Below are positions 29,120-43,229 of a DNA stretch of 64,000 bases, in pieces. Below the pieces are notes generated by a model. That model was given only the letters and a program-made list of their open reading frames with translations. It had not been told where the DNA came from and did no database searches. The stretch lies in assembly GCA_964016885.1 (NCBI GenBank), contig OZ024740.1, forward strand, positions 399,962,001 to 400,026,000, given 5' to 3'. The position numbers and the translations under genes are program-made. The stretch comes from Eledone cirrhosa (Eukaryota). How positions within the stretch are numbered: position 1 is the stretch's first letter; every line of letters starts with the position of its first letter.

Positions 29120-29341
29120 TTCGTTTCTGAATTTGTTTAGCAAGATTTTTTATCTGAAATCGTGTGTTGAAACCGATATTGTTATACTTTGGGAGGGTCA
29201 TGTTGCCAATAAGAAACACACGCACCAGTTGCTTTCACTTAAATTTATTATATATTTATAAATTTATAAATTTACAAATCTACAAACTTATAAATTTCTG
29301 GTTGGTTGGTTGGTTCCACAACCAGATAGTTGTTTATATAT

Positions 29342-29386
29342 AGTCATAGTCCTTTCGTCACACACTCTGTGACCTCTTCAGTGACT
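29342..29386 (-). ncRNA. HHR-like motif in PLE copy 2, left arm
   Basis: agtca CTGAAGA g-gtcaca-gagtg-tgtgac GAAA ggac TA tgact. Confidence 0.65.
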
Positions 29387-29594
29387 GGGGATTCCTTTCT
29401 TTGTTTCTGTGCCTTTCCTTTCTTCTATCCTACGCCATTTTGTTTCTGTGTGTGTGTTGTGTGCTCAGTTTGCGCATGCGCCACATCCGGGTGTCTGTGT
29501 GTGTTTGTGTTCATTTATCTATTTGTTTATTTATTTATTTATTTATTGTTGGTTGGTTGTTTGTTCTATGTGTGTGTGTGTTTTCATTTTGTCC

Positions 29595-29980
29595 TTAATT
29601 GTAAGTTGTGATGTTGCTGTTCCACTCATATTTTCTATTTAATTTTGGTTTTAATTCTTTTATGCTTACTGCCTCTGTAATTTGCCTAAACATTGCGTCT
29701 TTTCTGTGTGTGGATTCTATTTTTATTTCTATGTTCTCTAATCTACCCCTGTGTTCTATCTTAGCATGTTGGTAGAGCACAGATGATTCTTTATTATCTT
29801 GGAGGTCTCGCCAGTGTTCATTTATTCGTTCCCCTATACTACGAGCTGTCTCACCTATGTACACTATATTTTTGTTTCTACATTGTCCTTCAGTACATCT
29901 TATGCTATACACTACATTTCTAGTTTTACAGTTAATATGGGGGCTTATTTTACAGGTTATACATTTCTTATCTATACATG
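29595..29980 (-). pseudogene. PLE Cys-rich linker plus GIY-YIG endonuclease
   Basis: CIDKKCITC..NCKTRNVVYSIRC..C..YIGETARSIGERINEH..H..H..ITEA..LN. Confidence 0.92.
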
Positions 29981-31023
29981 AGGGTTTTGGAACGGGTATG
30001 TCTTGCTAATAAGTGTTTTTACGGAGGTACCTGGTCTTTCTACTATCTTAATATTGAGATTATGTTTATTTATGGCCCTTCTAAATTTGTAGGCTAGTTC
30101 GCCTCTAGGGGTTGTATTGATGAACATTACACTCTGGTATTTATTGCTATCATACCATGAGTTTATTCTATTGGCCTTGTTCCTAGTTCTTTCTATTCTA
30201 TTCCAAAATTTGCTCCTATACAAGGGGCATGTCCCATTTATGTCATTATTTACCATTTTTTCCCATTTGGTTCTGGCTCCTTTATACACTCTGATTCTAT
30301 CTCTCTGATTGTAGCCAGAGAACTGCATACGGTGGATGAAGTGTTGTATGTGTCTCTCTAGTTCTTCGGGGTTGCACATGCGGGACACATTTCTCATCAC
30401 CCGTACCAAATCCGCAATCAGTATGTTGATTTTGGTATGGTCCGAAATGGCCGAGTTTCGGTGGATCAGATGTTTGGAAGTCATGGATTTGGTATAATGG
30501 GAATGGAGGATTTGTTTTTGGTTGTTAATGGTATCTAACCAGAGCTCTGTGTCTAGTACAGGTAATCGATGGTTGGGGTGTCTACTTGGGTAGTCTATAG
30601 TAACTCTAATGCTCTGGTGGATGGAGTTTGCTATTTGCTGGATGCTTTCCATTGTGTTTTTCTCTAGTTCCTGACTGTTCTTTAGTGGGCGTGTCTTAAC
30701 TACGATGTTTATATCATCTACGTAGCGGGAGTACATTATCAGGGTTAAGCTGTCTTCTAATTGTTCTTTAAGTTTTTGTTTAAGTCTACTGTCCCACCAT
30801 ACCATGAATAAGTTAGCTATGTCGCCTGCAATGCTAACACCAATGGCTGCTCCTTCCTCTTGGGCATATGTTTTGCCATTAAATTTGAACATATGTTCCT
30901 TAAGGGTTAATTTTATGCTGGCCCCTACCGCATGTGCAATCATTTTCTTCAGTTCATCGTGGTTTTCGGGTGTCCGTATGGCTCTGGTCCACCTGTTCCA
31001 TCTATCTGTATGGGTTTTCTTGG
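29972..31023 (-). pseudogene. PLE reverse transcriptase (N-truncated), frameshifted before the C-rich linker
   Basis: [41 protein letters not shown]. Confidence 0.92.
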
Positions 31024-31079
31024 CCAAGAAAACCCATAAAAACACTTATTAGCAAGACATACCCGTTCCAAAACCCTCA

Positions 31080-31463
31080 TGTATAGATAAGAAATGTATA
31101 ACCTGTAAAATAAGCCCCCATATTAACTGTAAAACTAGAAATGTAGTGTATAGCATAAGATGTACTGAAGGACAATGTAGAAACAAAAATATAGTGTACA
31201 TAGGTGAGACAGCTCGTAGTATAGGGGAACGAATAAATGAACACTGGCGAGACCTCCAAGATAATAAAGAATCATCTGTGCTCTACCAACATGCTAAGAT
31301 AGAACACAGGGGTAGATTAGAGAACATAGAAATAAAAATAGAATCCACACACAGAAAAGACGCAATGTTTAGGCAAATTACAGAGGCAGTAAGCATAAAA
31401 GAATTAAAACCAAAATTAAATAGAAAATATGAGTGGAACAGCAACATCACAACTTACAATTAA
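31080..31463 (+). pseudogene. Inverted duplicate of the linker and GIY-YIG endonuclease
   Basis: The ORF track gives the same 105-aa protein as 29595..29912. Confidence 0.92.
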
Positions 31464-31720
31464 GGACAAAATGAAAACACACACACACATAGAACAAACA
31501 ACTTACAATTAAGGACAAAATGAAAACACACACACACATAGAACAAACAACCAACCAACAATAAATAAATAAATAAATAAACTAATAGATAAATGAACAC
31601 AAACACACACAGACACCCGGATGTGGCGCATGCGCAAACTGAGCACACAACACACACACAGAAACAAAATGGCGTAGGATAGAAGAAAGGAAAGGCACAG
31701 AAACAAAGAAAGGAATCCCC

Positions 31721-31765
31721 AGTCACTGAAGAGGTCACAGAGTGTGTGACGAAAGGACTATGACT
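31721..31765 (+). ncRNA. HHR-like motif in PLE copy 2, right arm
   Basis: Same motif on the plus strand; stem I agtca/tgact. Confidence 0.65.
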
Positions 31766-31921
31766 ATATATAAACAACTATCTGGTTGTGGAACCAACCA
31801 ACCAACCAGAAATTTATAAGTTTGTAGATTTGTAAATGTATAAATTTATAAATATATAATAAATTGAAGTGAAAGCAACTGGTGCGTGTTTCTTATTGGC
31901 AACATGACCCTCCCAAAGTAT

Positions 31922-31957
<36 letters not shown>

Positions 31958-32107
31958 CATGTATATTACATTGTTTACTCTATTTTGACGAATCAACTAA
32001 CAACAAATATTGAAGCTGAAATGAAAACATAATGTTGCTTGTATTCTTACCAATGTCTGTTTCAACAACCTGGCGAAACAAATATATATATATATATATA
32101 TTTTTTA

Positions 32108-32298
32108 TTTATTTTATAGAAGGAGCTTCTACAGGACTAGTACTGTTTCATTCAGATGAAATCTTCCTGAAGATTTCATCTGAATGAAACAGTACTAGTC
32201 CTGTAGAAGCTCCTTCTATAAAATAAAAAAATTTACTCTGCCATGTATTGATTACCTTACTTACTGTGGTTATCCCCGACTCAACCCGGGACCTACGT
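32108..32298. mobile_element. Family B fold-back element: 120-bp palindrome centred on an HHR CTGAAGA box, plus tail
   Basis: Centre gaaatcttc-ct-gaagatttc; plus strand reads CTGAAGA tttcatctgaat GAAAC agtacta GTC ctgtag; the tail is homologous to the reverse complement of 41739-41820. Confidence 0.88.
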
Positions 32299-32307
32299 AT
32301 ATATATC

Positions 32308-32330
<23 letters not shown>

Positions 32331-32338
<8 letters not shown>

Positions 32339-32668
32339 TAATAAAAATAATGAATAAAAACAAAGAAACAGTTCCTTATATTAAAAAATTCATCATTTTA
32401 CGATCGTTTCTAGGATATATATTTTTGTGTTGGTATGTATATCATATAGATCTATGTAAAATTTGTACAAACTATCAGAGCGAATATACATACCTGCACA
32501 TATATATGTGTAGGTATGTATATTCCCTCTGATAGTTTGTACAAATTTTACATAGATCTATATGATATACATACCAACACAAAAATATATATCCTAGAAA
32601 CGATCGTAAAATGATGAATTTTTTAATATAAGGAACTGTTTCTTTGTTTTTATTCATTATTTTTATTA

Positions 32669-32674
<6 letters not shown>
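32331..32674. repeat. About 340-bp near-perfect palindrome flanked by (TA)n
   Basis: Arms differ at about two positions; the centre is a short TA run near 32503; mirror-image ORFs appear in the track. Confidence 0.95.
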
Positions 32675-32752
<78 letters not shown>

Positions 32753-32817
32753 GTGTGTATATGTGTATATGTGTGTATACATATATAAATACATACATAT
32801 ATATATATATGTATGTA

Positions 32818-32912
<95 letters not shown>

Positions 32913-33069
32913 ATATGTGTATACATATATATATGTATACATAATTATATATATACCTGACATGGACGGGTGTGATTCGAAGGAACGGTGATTTCGATAA
33001 ATATGAATAAAGAGGCCTCATTAGATCTCCGTTCTAGAGATAGCTTCCAAAATCCAACACAAAGAAATC

Positions 33070-33680
33070 CAACACAAAGACATCCAACCATACATACACA
33101 TGGTATGAGGGGAATCAGGGGCAGAGATCAATAATTGATTTCCTTATTGTCTTTGATCTCTTCGATTCTGTGCTGGATGTTCGTATTAAGAGAGGGGATG
33201 AACTATCAACTGATCACCATCTAGTTATCTGAAGCTTGAGAATATGATTGGAAGCTGTTCAGCTCGGCAGGTTCTGCCTCCACTGCTAAATGCTGAGTGC
33301 GAAAGAGGCTTGGTGTGAAGCCGGTAAGCAGGAGGAAACCCCTTTATCGAATAAGATGCCATCAAAGCAAAGATGGAGGTTTACAAAATTTGACTTGGAA
33401 ATAAGTTCTCGTTCGTGCACTTGCAGTACAAGCAGGTGCAAACAGTTATAGCAGACAGGATAGTTGGATAGATTTTATGACCAAAACCAACCGGCTGAAG
33501 ACCACGAGTAGGCACCCAACAAGATGGTTAAATAATATCCATGAGTTCGGCCCGTCTTGCTTGGGATCCAGCCCGATCAATTGGAGACAGTTGCCTCTGG
33601 CAGGACCCACTGGAAGGCAGCATTGAGGACACTGCCCCAATGACCTTCCCAAGAATATGTGTGCGAAGTAAAAGAAGAAT
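33070..33680 (+). mobile_element. Internally deleted RTE LINE (end of endonuclease joined to 3' end)
   Basis: TYTWY..GQRSIIDF..VLDVRIKRGDELSTDHHLVI; later KPTG.RP..PTRW..; ends in an aagaaga-type tail. Confidence 0.8.
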
Positions 33681-34059
33681 ATACATATGCACATGTGTAG
33701 ATGTTGTGTAGGCGAGAACGCAAGTATTTTGCATGTGTGTGTGATTGTGAGATGGATGGACAAACTTGTCTTTAGTATCTGTTTTAATTCCAAATATTTA
33801 ATTTACTGTCGTCTGAAAAATTATTCTAAAACAACTTTTTTATGTAACTTTTATTTAAGCTTTTCATTTTGCTTCTATTATTTGGTAACAAATTAACGAT
33901 GCAAAATATTATAAAAAGAATTTCAAAGAGACGAAAATTACAGATTTCATATACTTTTAAAATAGTGATTTAATTTGCTTTTAAAATAATCATTTCTTTT
34001 GAGGTAATGAAAAAACTTATATACTAATTGTTTCTGCGTTTGCACAATACAAAGTTTCC

Positions 34060-34390
<331 letters not shown>

Positions 34391-34431
34391 GTATATATAT
34401 ATATATGTATATATGTATATATATATATATA

Positions 34432-34740
<309 letters not shown>

Positions 34741-35589
34741 GCAAAAGTTTTATTTAAAATTGTTGGGTTACAACGAGTAAATATTTTATAACTGATATAA
34801 AAGCACTCAACAGTTTCTGGAGTAAGTTTACGATATTAAACAAATGGAAACTATATTTATAAAACCATATTTATTTCGTTATATATATTTCTGGGATATC
34901 ATATTAAAAATATGGTATGCCTTCCTCAGACAAAATACAATACATAAGCTGTTTTATAAATAATTTTGACATACCTTATAATAATGCAACTTCTATTTAA
35001 AAAGTTGATTTGGTAGTGAAACTGTTATGACAGTTATATAGAAAGAAAAACGAAGATGAAAAGAAGAAGATGAAGAGATGTATGTAAATAAAAAAAGAAG
35101 AAGATGAAGAGATGTATGTAAAGAAAAACAACAGAGCGAGATAGAGAGAGAAGGAGATATGGGAGAGAGAAATACATTGAGGAAGTGAAAAAATATAGTA
35201 GGCAGCTTTTGGACAGATGATCATCGTATATGTGAGAGGTTAAGGAGGGAAGGGATACAGTTAAACTAGCCGACACATAAATCACGTCCAGTGTAGAGGA
35301 GAAAAAGAAAGAAAGATGATATATTTAAAATATATTAAAAATATATTATGTCTCATCCATTTGAATTATCAATTTTTATGAATTAGGTATTATAATGTAA
35401 ATATCAGTATTCATGAATGAGACACATATCCATAATGCGTGAAAAAAATGACCCCATGCTTAGTTTAAAAATTCTTAGGTCTATAAGCAAAATCTGAGAT
35501 AAAACTTCAAACATAAGTATATATGCATTCTCATGAAAAAAGAAGAAAAGAAAAAAGAGAAAAGAGAAGGTTATCTCAAATTCAAGTTG

Positions 35590-37839
<2,250 letters not shown>

Positions 37840-38055
37840 ATATATATATATATGTATATATGTATATATGTATATATATATATGTATATTTGTATATATA
37901 TATTTGTATGTATATATGTGTATATATGTATATATATTTATATATATATATTTATTTATTTATTTAGTTATTTATTTATTTATATATATCTCGGTTTATG
38001 TGCAACAATAATATGCAAAATTGTTTAACCTAAATTGTTTATGCATTATTATTTA

Positions 38056-38229
38056 TTGGCAGTATCGGTAGAGGGTCGGACACCATGCTTTGACGCATAG
38101 AGTTACGGCCCTTGCCATTCTGAGTTCAAATCCTGCTGAGGTTAACTTTGCCTTTCATACTTACGGGTCGATAAAATAAAGTACCAGTAATGCACTAGGA
38201 TAATTGCTGGCGTTGTGGCAAAAGTAGAA
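38056..38229 (+). mobile_element. SINE (short variant)
   Basis: Family core sequence. Confidence 0.85.
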
Positions 38230-38799
38230 TTAATTATTTTTTGTGACTGAATGCGTTATCGAAGGTAACGCACAAGCGTGAAATCGAATGACAGCTATAC
38301 TTTTTAACAATAAATATACACATCCCTAAGAAAGATTTCCACGCGAAATGATTTGGGGAGTAGTGGAACCGTATTTGATGTGGAATTCAAAACTCTCTTG
38401 GATTTTGTTTTTCAACAGGATATTTAGTTCACAAGATGAGTCCAATTATATTTGAAATACTTTGTATATCAATGCAATTTAATCAACCGGTCTCGTGAAT
38501 GTAAAATTACGTTAAGAGTGTGAGATGAAGCAAAGGGTGACACTGGGTTGTGAGAATTTTCTTGGGAGCTAACAGTGTCACCCACTGCTCCATCTCCATT
38601 AACAGTTTACAGCACGGCAGGAATGAAACCAGTGCAGCGAAGACTAAGTCACACATCCTCCCACAGAGCCTGCACAGGGAACTCTTCATGTGAGTGGAGT
38701 TCGACTGAAATAGGTGATTTTCCAGTATTTTTGAGTATATATATATATAGAATCATTAGAACATCTGACTGATAAAATGACAAGTCAGTCAATCATATT

Positions 38800-39030
38800 G
38801 GTGGCCTCCTCACAGCCCCGGCGGTCAGAATGGAGAAGGCGTTTCCCCGGAGGACGGCAAGGGAGACGCGCTGGAAAAGCCATTCCAGCTCACGAGGCTC
38901 AACCTGCGGCTGGTCAGCTCAGCGCCTATGGTGGTGAGTAGGGAGGTAGCCCTAGGGCCGAGGACACCAGAAGTCTCCACTGCCAAGGGTACAACCGCAA
39001 ACCTGTCGGAGAGCGACCGGTATCTTGGGG
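38800..39030 (-). mobile_element. 3' end of a CRE-like non-LTR retrotransposon (restriction-like endonuclease)
   Basis: RYRSL..FAVVPLAVETSGVLGP.A..LL..IG, then after a frameshift EPRELEWLFQRVSLAVLRGNA. Confidence 0.82.
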
Positions 39031-39193
39031 CCGTATTCACGAGTGGTGGAAGGCAGGAGGTTGAATCAAGTGAAAGAACGGCTGGGACTGGTACAGTAAG
39101 GCTGTTAAAATTAATTAGGTATGAATTAATCAAGTACATATATTGCTCGGTGTTTTTGGGCAAGCACTAGATAAATTGTGTATAAAATGTGAT

Positions 39194-39270
39194 TTATCTC
39201 CTTATAATATATAACCAGCAATTTCTCTGTCTGTCTGTCCGAGAGTGGAAACACGTGCGCGCGTGGTTGC
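39194..39270 (+). mobile_element. Possible Helitron/HINE-like 5' end
   Basis: atctccttataatatataa...ctgtctgtctgtcc arrangement. Confidence 0.3.
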
Positions 39271-39506
39271 TATCTCTCTCTCTCTCTCTCTCTCTCTCCA
39301 GCTATCCCTCTCTTTTAGTCTGTCTGTTTCTCTCACTCTCACTCTTTCGCTTTGTAACACACTAACATTCCTCCCCTCTATCGCTGTGACGAATGGGGAG
39401 ATGGAGGAGGAGCAGGAAGAGGAGGAGAGAGTCACTTCGTCACTTCACCTCTGCCTTTCTTTCTCTCCCCTCTCACTCCCTCATTACGTACAGACATTAG
39501 ATCGTA

Positions 39507-40185
39507 CTATCCGTTAGGGTATAACGTGGGACTGTAATACAAGAAAGTTTTGTGCAATTTATGTTTACAAGCCGAAATTGCCTCATATTTTTCGTTTAAG
39601 ATGTGGTCTGTGGCGTAGAGTATTTCCAGGGCCTCAGCGGCGCAGAGGTCACATGGTCTTTTATTTCCGTTATACGATCTAGCCCTAGCTAGGATCTTCC
39701 AGTGTAACTTATATTGGGTGTGGTTGTCTTTTAGACTCCAGATATAAGCTGAAAGTGACGTCATATTCCTTCTTAGAGGGTAACGAAAAGAATGGGTTTG
39801 CATGTAAAGACGCTGCTTGAATCTATTGGCGGTTAACCCTATGTAGGCCCTACGGGACGTGGGTGTTTCAACCTTACATCTGTAGACAATGGTACTAGAG
39901 AGGCATTTCCCGGATAGGTTTTGTCTTTGCGTGTAATTGTTCTCCACGCTCCACATATGACGTATTATCTTCGTTTTTTCCGTTCATTGCCAGAGAACGT
40001 CTCTATGAACCACCTAAGAGAACATTAGTCTACGACTTCTTTTATACCATAAACGTGGTTCTGTCTTTGCGCGTAATTGTTTTTCCCCGCTCCTATTAAT
40101 GACGTATTATATTCGTTTTTTCCCGTTCTTTGCCAGGGAACGTTTCCACGAACCAAAGTATCGTCTTCCTGTCTTCCTCCGGTGG
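39507..40185 (-). mobile_element. Penelope-like element 4 fragment (GIY-YIG domain, with a diverged duplication of about 140-bp period upstream)
   Basis: GKCL..IVYRC..YIGLT..FKQR..H.F..TSLS.YIW.LK..CDLC..E; 39921-40011 resembles 40061-40154. Confidence 0.88.
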
Positions 40186-40233
40186 CAACGTTTTTTGAAA
40201 TATCCACTTCTGCGTTTACAGATTGACTTTGTT

Positions 40234-40284
40234 AGTTTCAGAAGATCCCGTTAAGGGTGAAAGCAGCGATTCTTTGCTTAAACT
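40234..40284 (+). ncRNA. Hammerhead-like motif with variant core CAGAAGA
   Basis: agttt CAGAAGA t-ccc-gttaa-ggg-t GAAAGCA gcgattctt TGCTT aaact; stem I extended by acagattga/ttaatctgt. Confidence 0.7.
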
Positions 40285-40390
40285 TTAATCTGTTATTTTA
40301 ATAAATATTTGCTCTACGGTTCTTATATATTTGATATATATTTTCCTTATCGAGCCCTCTTTGGATTTTAGTCTCCAATTTTATTATTAT

Positions 40391-40470
<80 letters not shown>

Positions 40471-40523
40471 TGTGTAACGTTTTTCGAAATATTTACTTCT
40501 GCGTTCACAGATTGATTTTTTTT

Positions 40524-40574
40524 AGTTTCAGAAGATCTCGTTAAGGGTGAAAGCAGCGATTCTTTGCTTAAACT
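40524..40574 (+). ncRNA. Second CAGAAGA hammerhead-like motif
   Basis: Same motif, stem II ctc/ggg (one G-U pair). Confidence 0.68.
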
Positions 40575-40756
40575 TTAATCTGTTATTTTAATATATATAT
40601 ATATATATATATTGAGTATATGTTGGCTGTATACTAACACCTCAGTATGCAGATTGGAGCACTCGACGAAATGCGCAGGTTGGTTTGGTTACTCCGGATT
40701 AATGTAAAATAAAATAAAATAAATAAGTCAAATGTTTAAAATTTAGCTTCGTTTAT

Positions 40757-40813
40757 GACTGCTATATATATTTCGGTGACAGCCATCTTTGGCTGTGACC
40801 TCTTCAGGCAGTC
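40757..40813 (-). ncRNA. Type I hammerhead ribozyme, intact core
   Basis: Minus strand: gactgc CTGAAGA ggtcacagcca-aaga-tggctgtcacc GAAA tatata TA gcagtc; 6-bp stem I, long stem II, palindromic stem III. Confidence 0.88.
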
Positions 40814-41228
40814 CGAATTAGTGTGGTATAGACAAGTACATATGTTGTTGAGGTGTATAACTTTCTCAAAACTCTGATATGCCTAGTTCCTGGTTGGGTT
40901 GTTATTTCACTGAGGAACTGGAATCATATATTATTACTAGGATTGGTGCTCTGAAATAGCGATGTATACATGAATGTATGTATAGTATATTTGGCAATAT
41001 ACAGTATGTTTAATTAAAAAACATTTAGAAGACCATACGCTATCAGTTTTAAAGTAGTGACTATGTCACTTACTTCTTTTCGTTGAAAGAAGGGAGAGAA
41101 GCTGACAGTCTGTTTCACGCTGGTTGGCGTTCATCAGAGCCACGTACTCCTCTGTTATATATATATATATTTATGGAATTAAAAAACAAACGATTCAAAG
41201 ACTCATATTAATCCTCTATAATTTAATT

Positions 41229-41410
41229 GTTTCTACTTTTTGTCACGAGACCAGAAATTATCTCAGTACATTACTGGTACTGTATTTTATTGACTCCGTA
41301 AGGAAGAAAGGCAAGGTTAACCTCAGCAGGATTTGAACTCAGATTATGAAAGGCCGTAACTCTTTACTGCAAAGCATGGCGTCCGACCCTCTACCGATAC
41401 TGCCAATCCG
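41229..41410 (-). mobile_element. SINE (short variant)
   Basis: Family core sequence. Confidence 0.85.
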
Positions 41411-41649
41411 ACCCTCCTGCCATCCCCTATAATTTAATGAACTCAAAGAATAGACACCGGGCCCTATATAAGACAGTATATAGAGGAAAATACACAAAGA
41501 GGTATGTGTTCAATTATAGGGGATAGAATACCACCAGAGTGAAAATCATATTGTCTACGAAAGGAATGGAAAGCACACAAAAATTAAAAGGATAAATTAA
41601 AATGTACAGACCAATGTGTACTTCGGGTACTTTTCTTTATATACTCTCT

Positions 41650-41730
<81 letters not shown>

Positions 41731-41738
41731 GCGTGCGT

Positions 41739-41926
41739 GGGGTGAGTCCCAGGTTCAATCGGGGGTAACCACATTAAGTGAAATACTCAATACATTAGTA
41801 GAGTATATACAACAATTAATATAGAAATGACTTGTACAGGACTAGAATGTTTTCATTCGAAAGAAATCATCAAGAAAGGGCGTTCTTTCAATGAAACAGT
41901 TCTAGTCCTGTAGAAGTCATTTCTAT
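41739..41926 (-). mobile_element. Family B element, older copy with a diverged fold-back (41821-41926)
   Basis: atagaaatgactt.tacaggactagaa...ttctagtcctgtagaagtcatttctat; the minus strand has tTGATGA...GAAAAC..GTC. Confidence 0.8.
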
Positions 41927-42750
41927 GTCTGGTTTAATATACGCTTTAATATCCGTTCTACCTTTCTCTATCACTCACCTATTGACTCGTAAAAGTTGTG
42001 AAATTGATCGGTTTTACGCACGTGGTTGGCCGAAATATCCCGAATTCGAATTGTAACCAGCGCGCTAATTCCATATCGCTGTCTAATTGCTTGTTGGTAT
42101 TTAATGTTCGGAAAGGTTTTAGGCACTACCATTGTTTACTGTCACACCTTATTCGCCATGGTAGTTGACGACTAGAGCCAAATGCTGCCATTCTATTGTA
42201 CAGCGATTCGCGACAGATTTTCTCTAACGAACGATTTTTTCACTCACTTGTTAATTTGTGTTTGACTTGAGATATGTTGGTTGAGTCCTTATGGAGGGCC
42301 CGAAGAATAGAATCTCGACTCTTACATTCACGTAAATTTCTGAACCAGTGGCCAATCGGTTGACGGTATTTTGATGACGCGTAGGGATTTCAGTTACTAA
42401 TCTACTACTGTGTCGCCTGTCGCATTTACTGCCACCACAGGCGGTACGGAGTGGAATCGAATTCTGTCGATCGATTGGTTATTGATTAGGCGAGACCCAC
42501 TGATGAAGCTACATGCGCCAATTGTGCATTGTTGCATAATAAATGCAGACAGTAGATTCTGTACGCTCCCTTGCCTCATTAAGTTTGGCCGAAACTCAAG
42601 TACAATTATAGATTTACGGTACCCATTTACGTGTGTTGTATTGAGGAAAATAACTTTGTGTCTACTCTGGGATTTTTACATAACCTTACGTATTGAGTAC
42701 GCTGAGATGCAACCGGTACTAGCAGGGAAACCTTATGCTAATCCCATCAA

Positions 42751-42820
<70 letters not shown>

Positions 42821-42834
42821 TATATACATATATA

Positions 42835-42913
<79 letters not shown>

Positions 42914-43078
42914 GAGATATATGTGTGTGTGTAAGCCGAAACCGCTTGGCTCCTCAGTCGGGATTATCGAACGTGCTATGTTCTAACACGGCAGGCTGTG
43001 ATGTGAGGATATGACTTCTAATTATTAGAAGGTTCTATGCTCTTGTAGAAGGTCATTGTTTTTATTATTGATGTCGTT

Positions 43079-43229
43079 AAGGCGATGGATTGGCAATATC
43101 AGTCGAGCTTTGCTTTGCCTTTCATCCTTACGGGGTCGATATAATAAAGCACCAGTAATGCACTGGGGTTGATTTAATCGACTTTCCCTTCCCCTAAAAT
43201 TCCTGGCCTTGTGCCTAAATCAGAAACCA
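43079..43229 (+). mobile_element. SINE (long variant) with a deleted head
   Basis: Family core plus the gatttaatcgac segment. Confidence 0.8.

Larger units (their letters stand above)
29119..31927. mobile_element. Penelope-like element copy 2: minus-strand 5'-truncated body (29119-31023) plus an inverted copy of about 890 bp of its 3' part (31037-31927)
   Basis: RT ORF 29972..31045; identical GIY-YIG ORFs 29595..29912 (-) and 31146..31463 (+); both ends lie in (TA)n. Confidence 0.96.
40186..40592 (+). mobile_element. Family C: two HHR-bearing units (40186-40395 and 40474-40592) separated by (TA)n
   Basis: Direct repeat of aacgttttt.gaaatat..acttctgcgtt.acagattga...aaactttaatctgttattttaata. 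Confidence 0.85.

Noticed and set aside
42495-42610. ctgatga near 42500 with gaaactcaagta near 42591
   Set aside because: Stems I and II do not pair convincingly.
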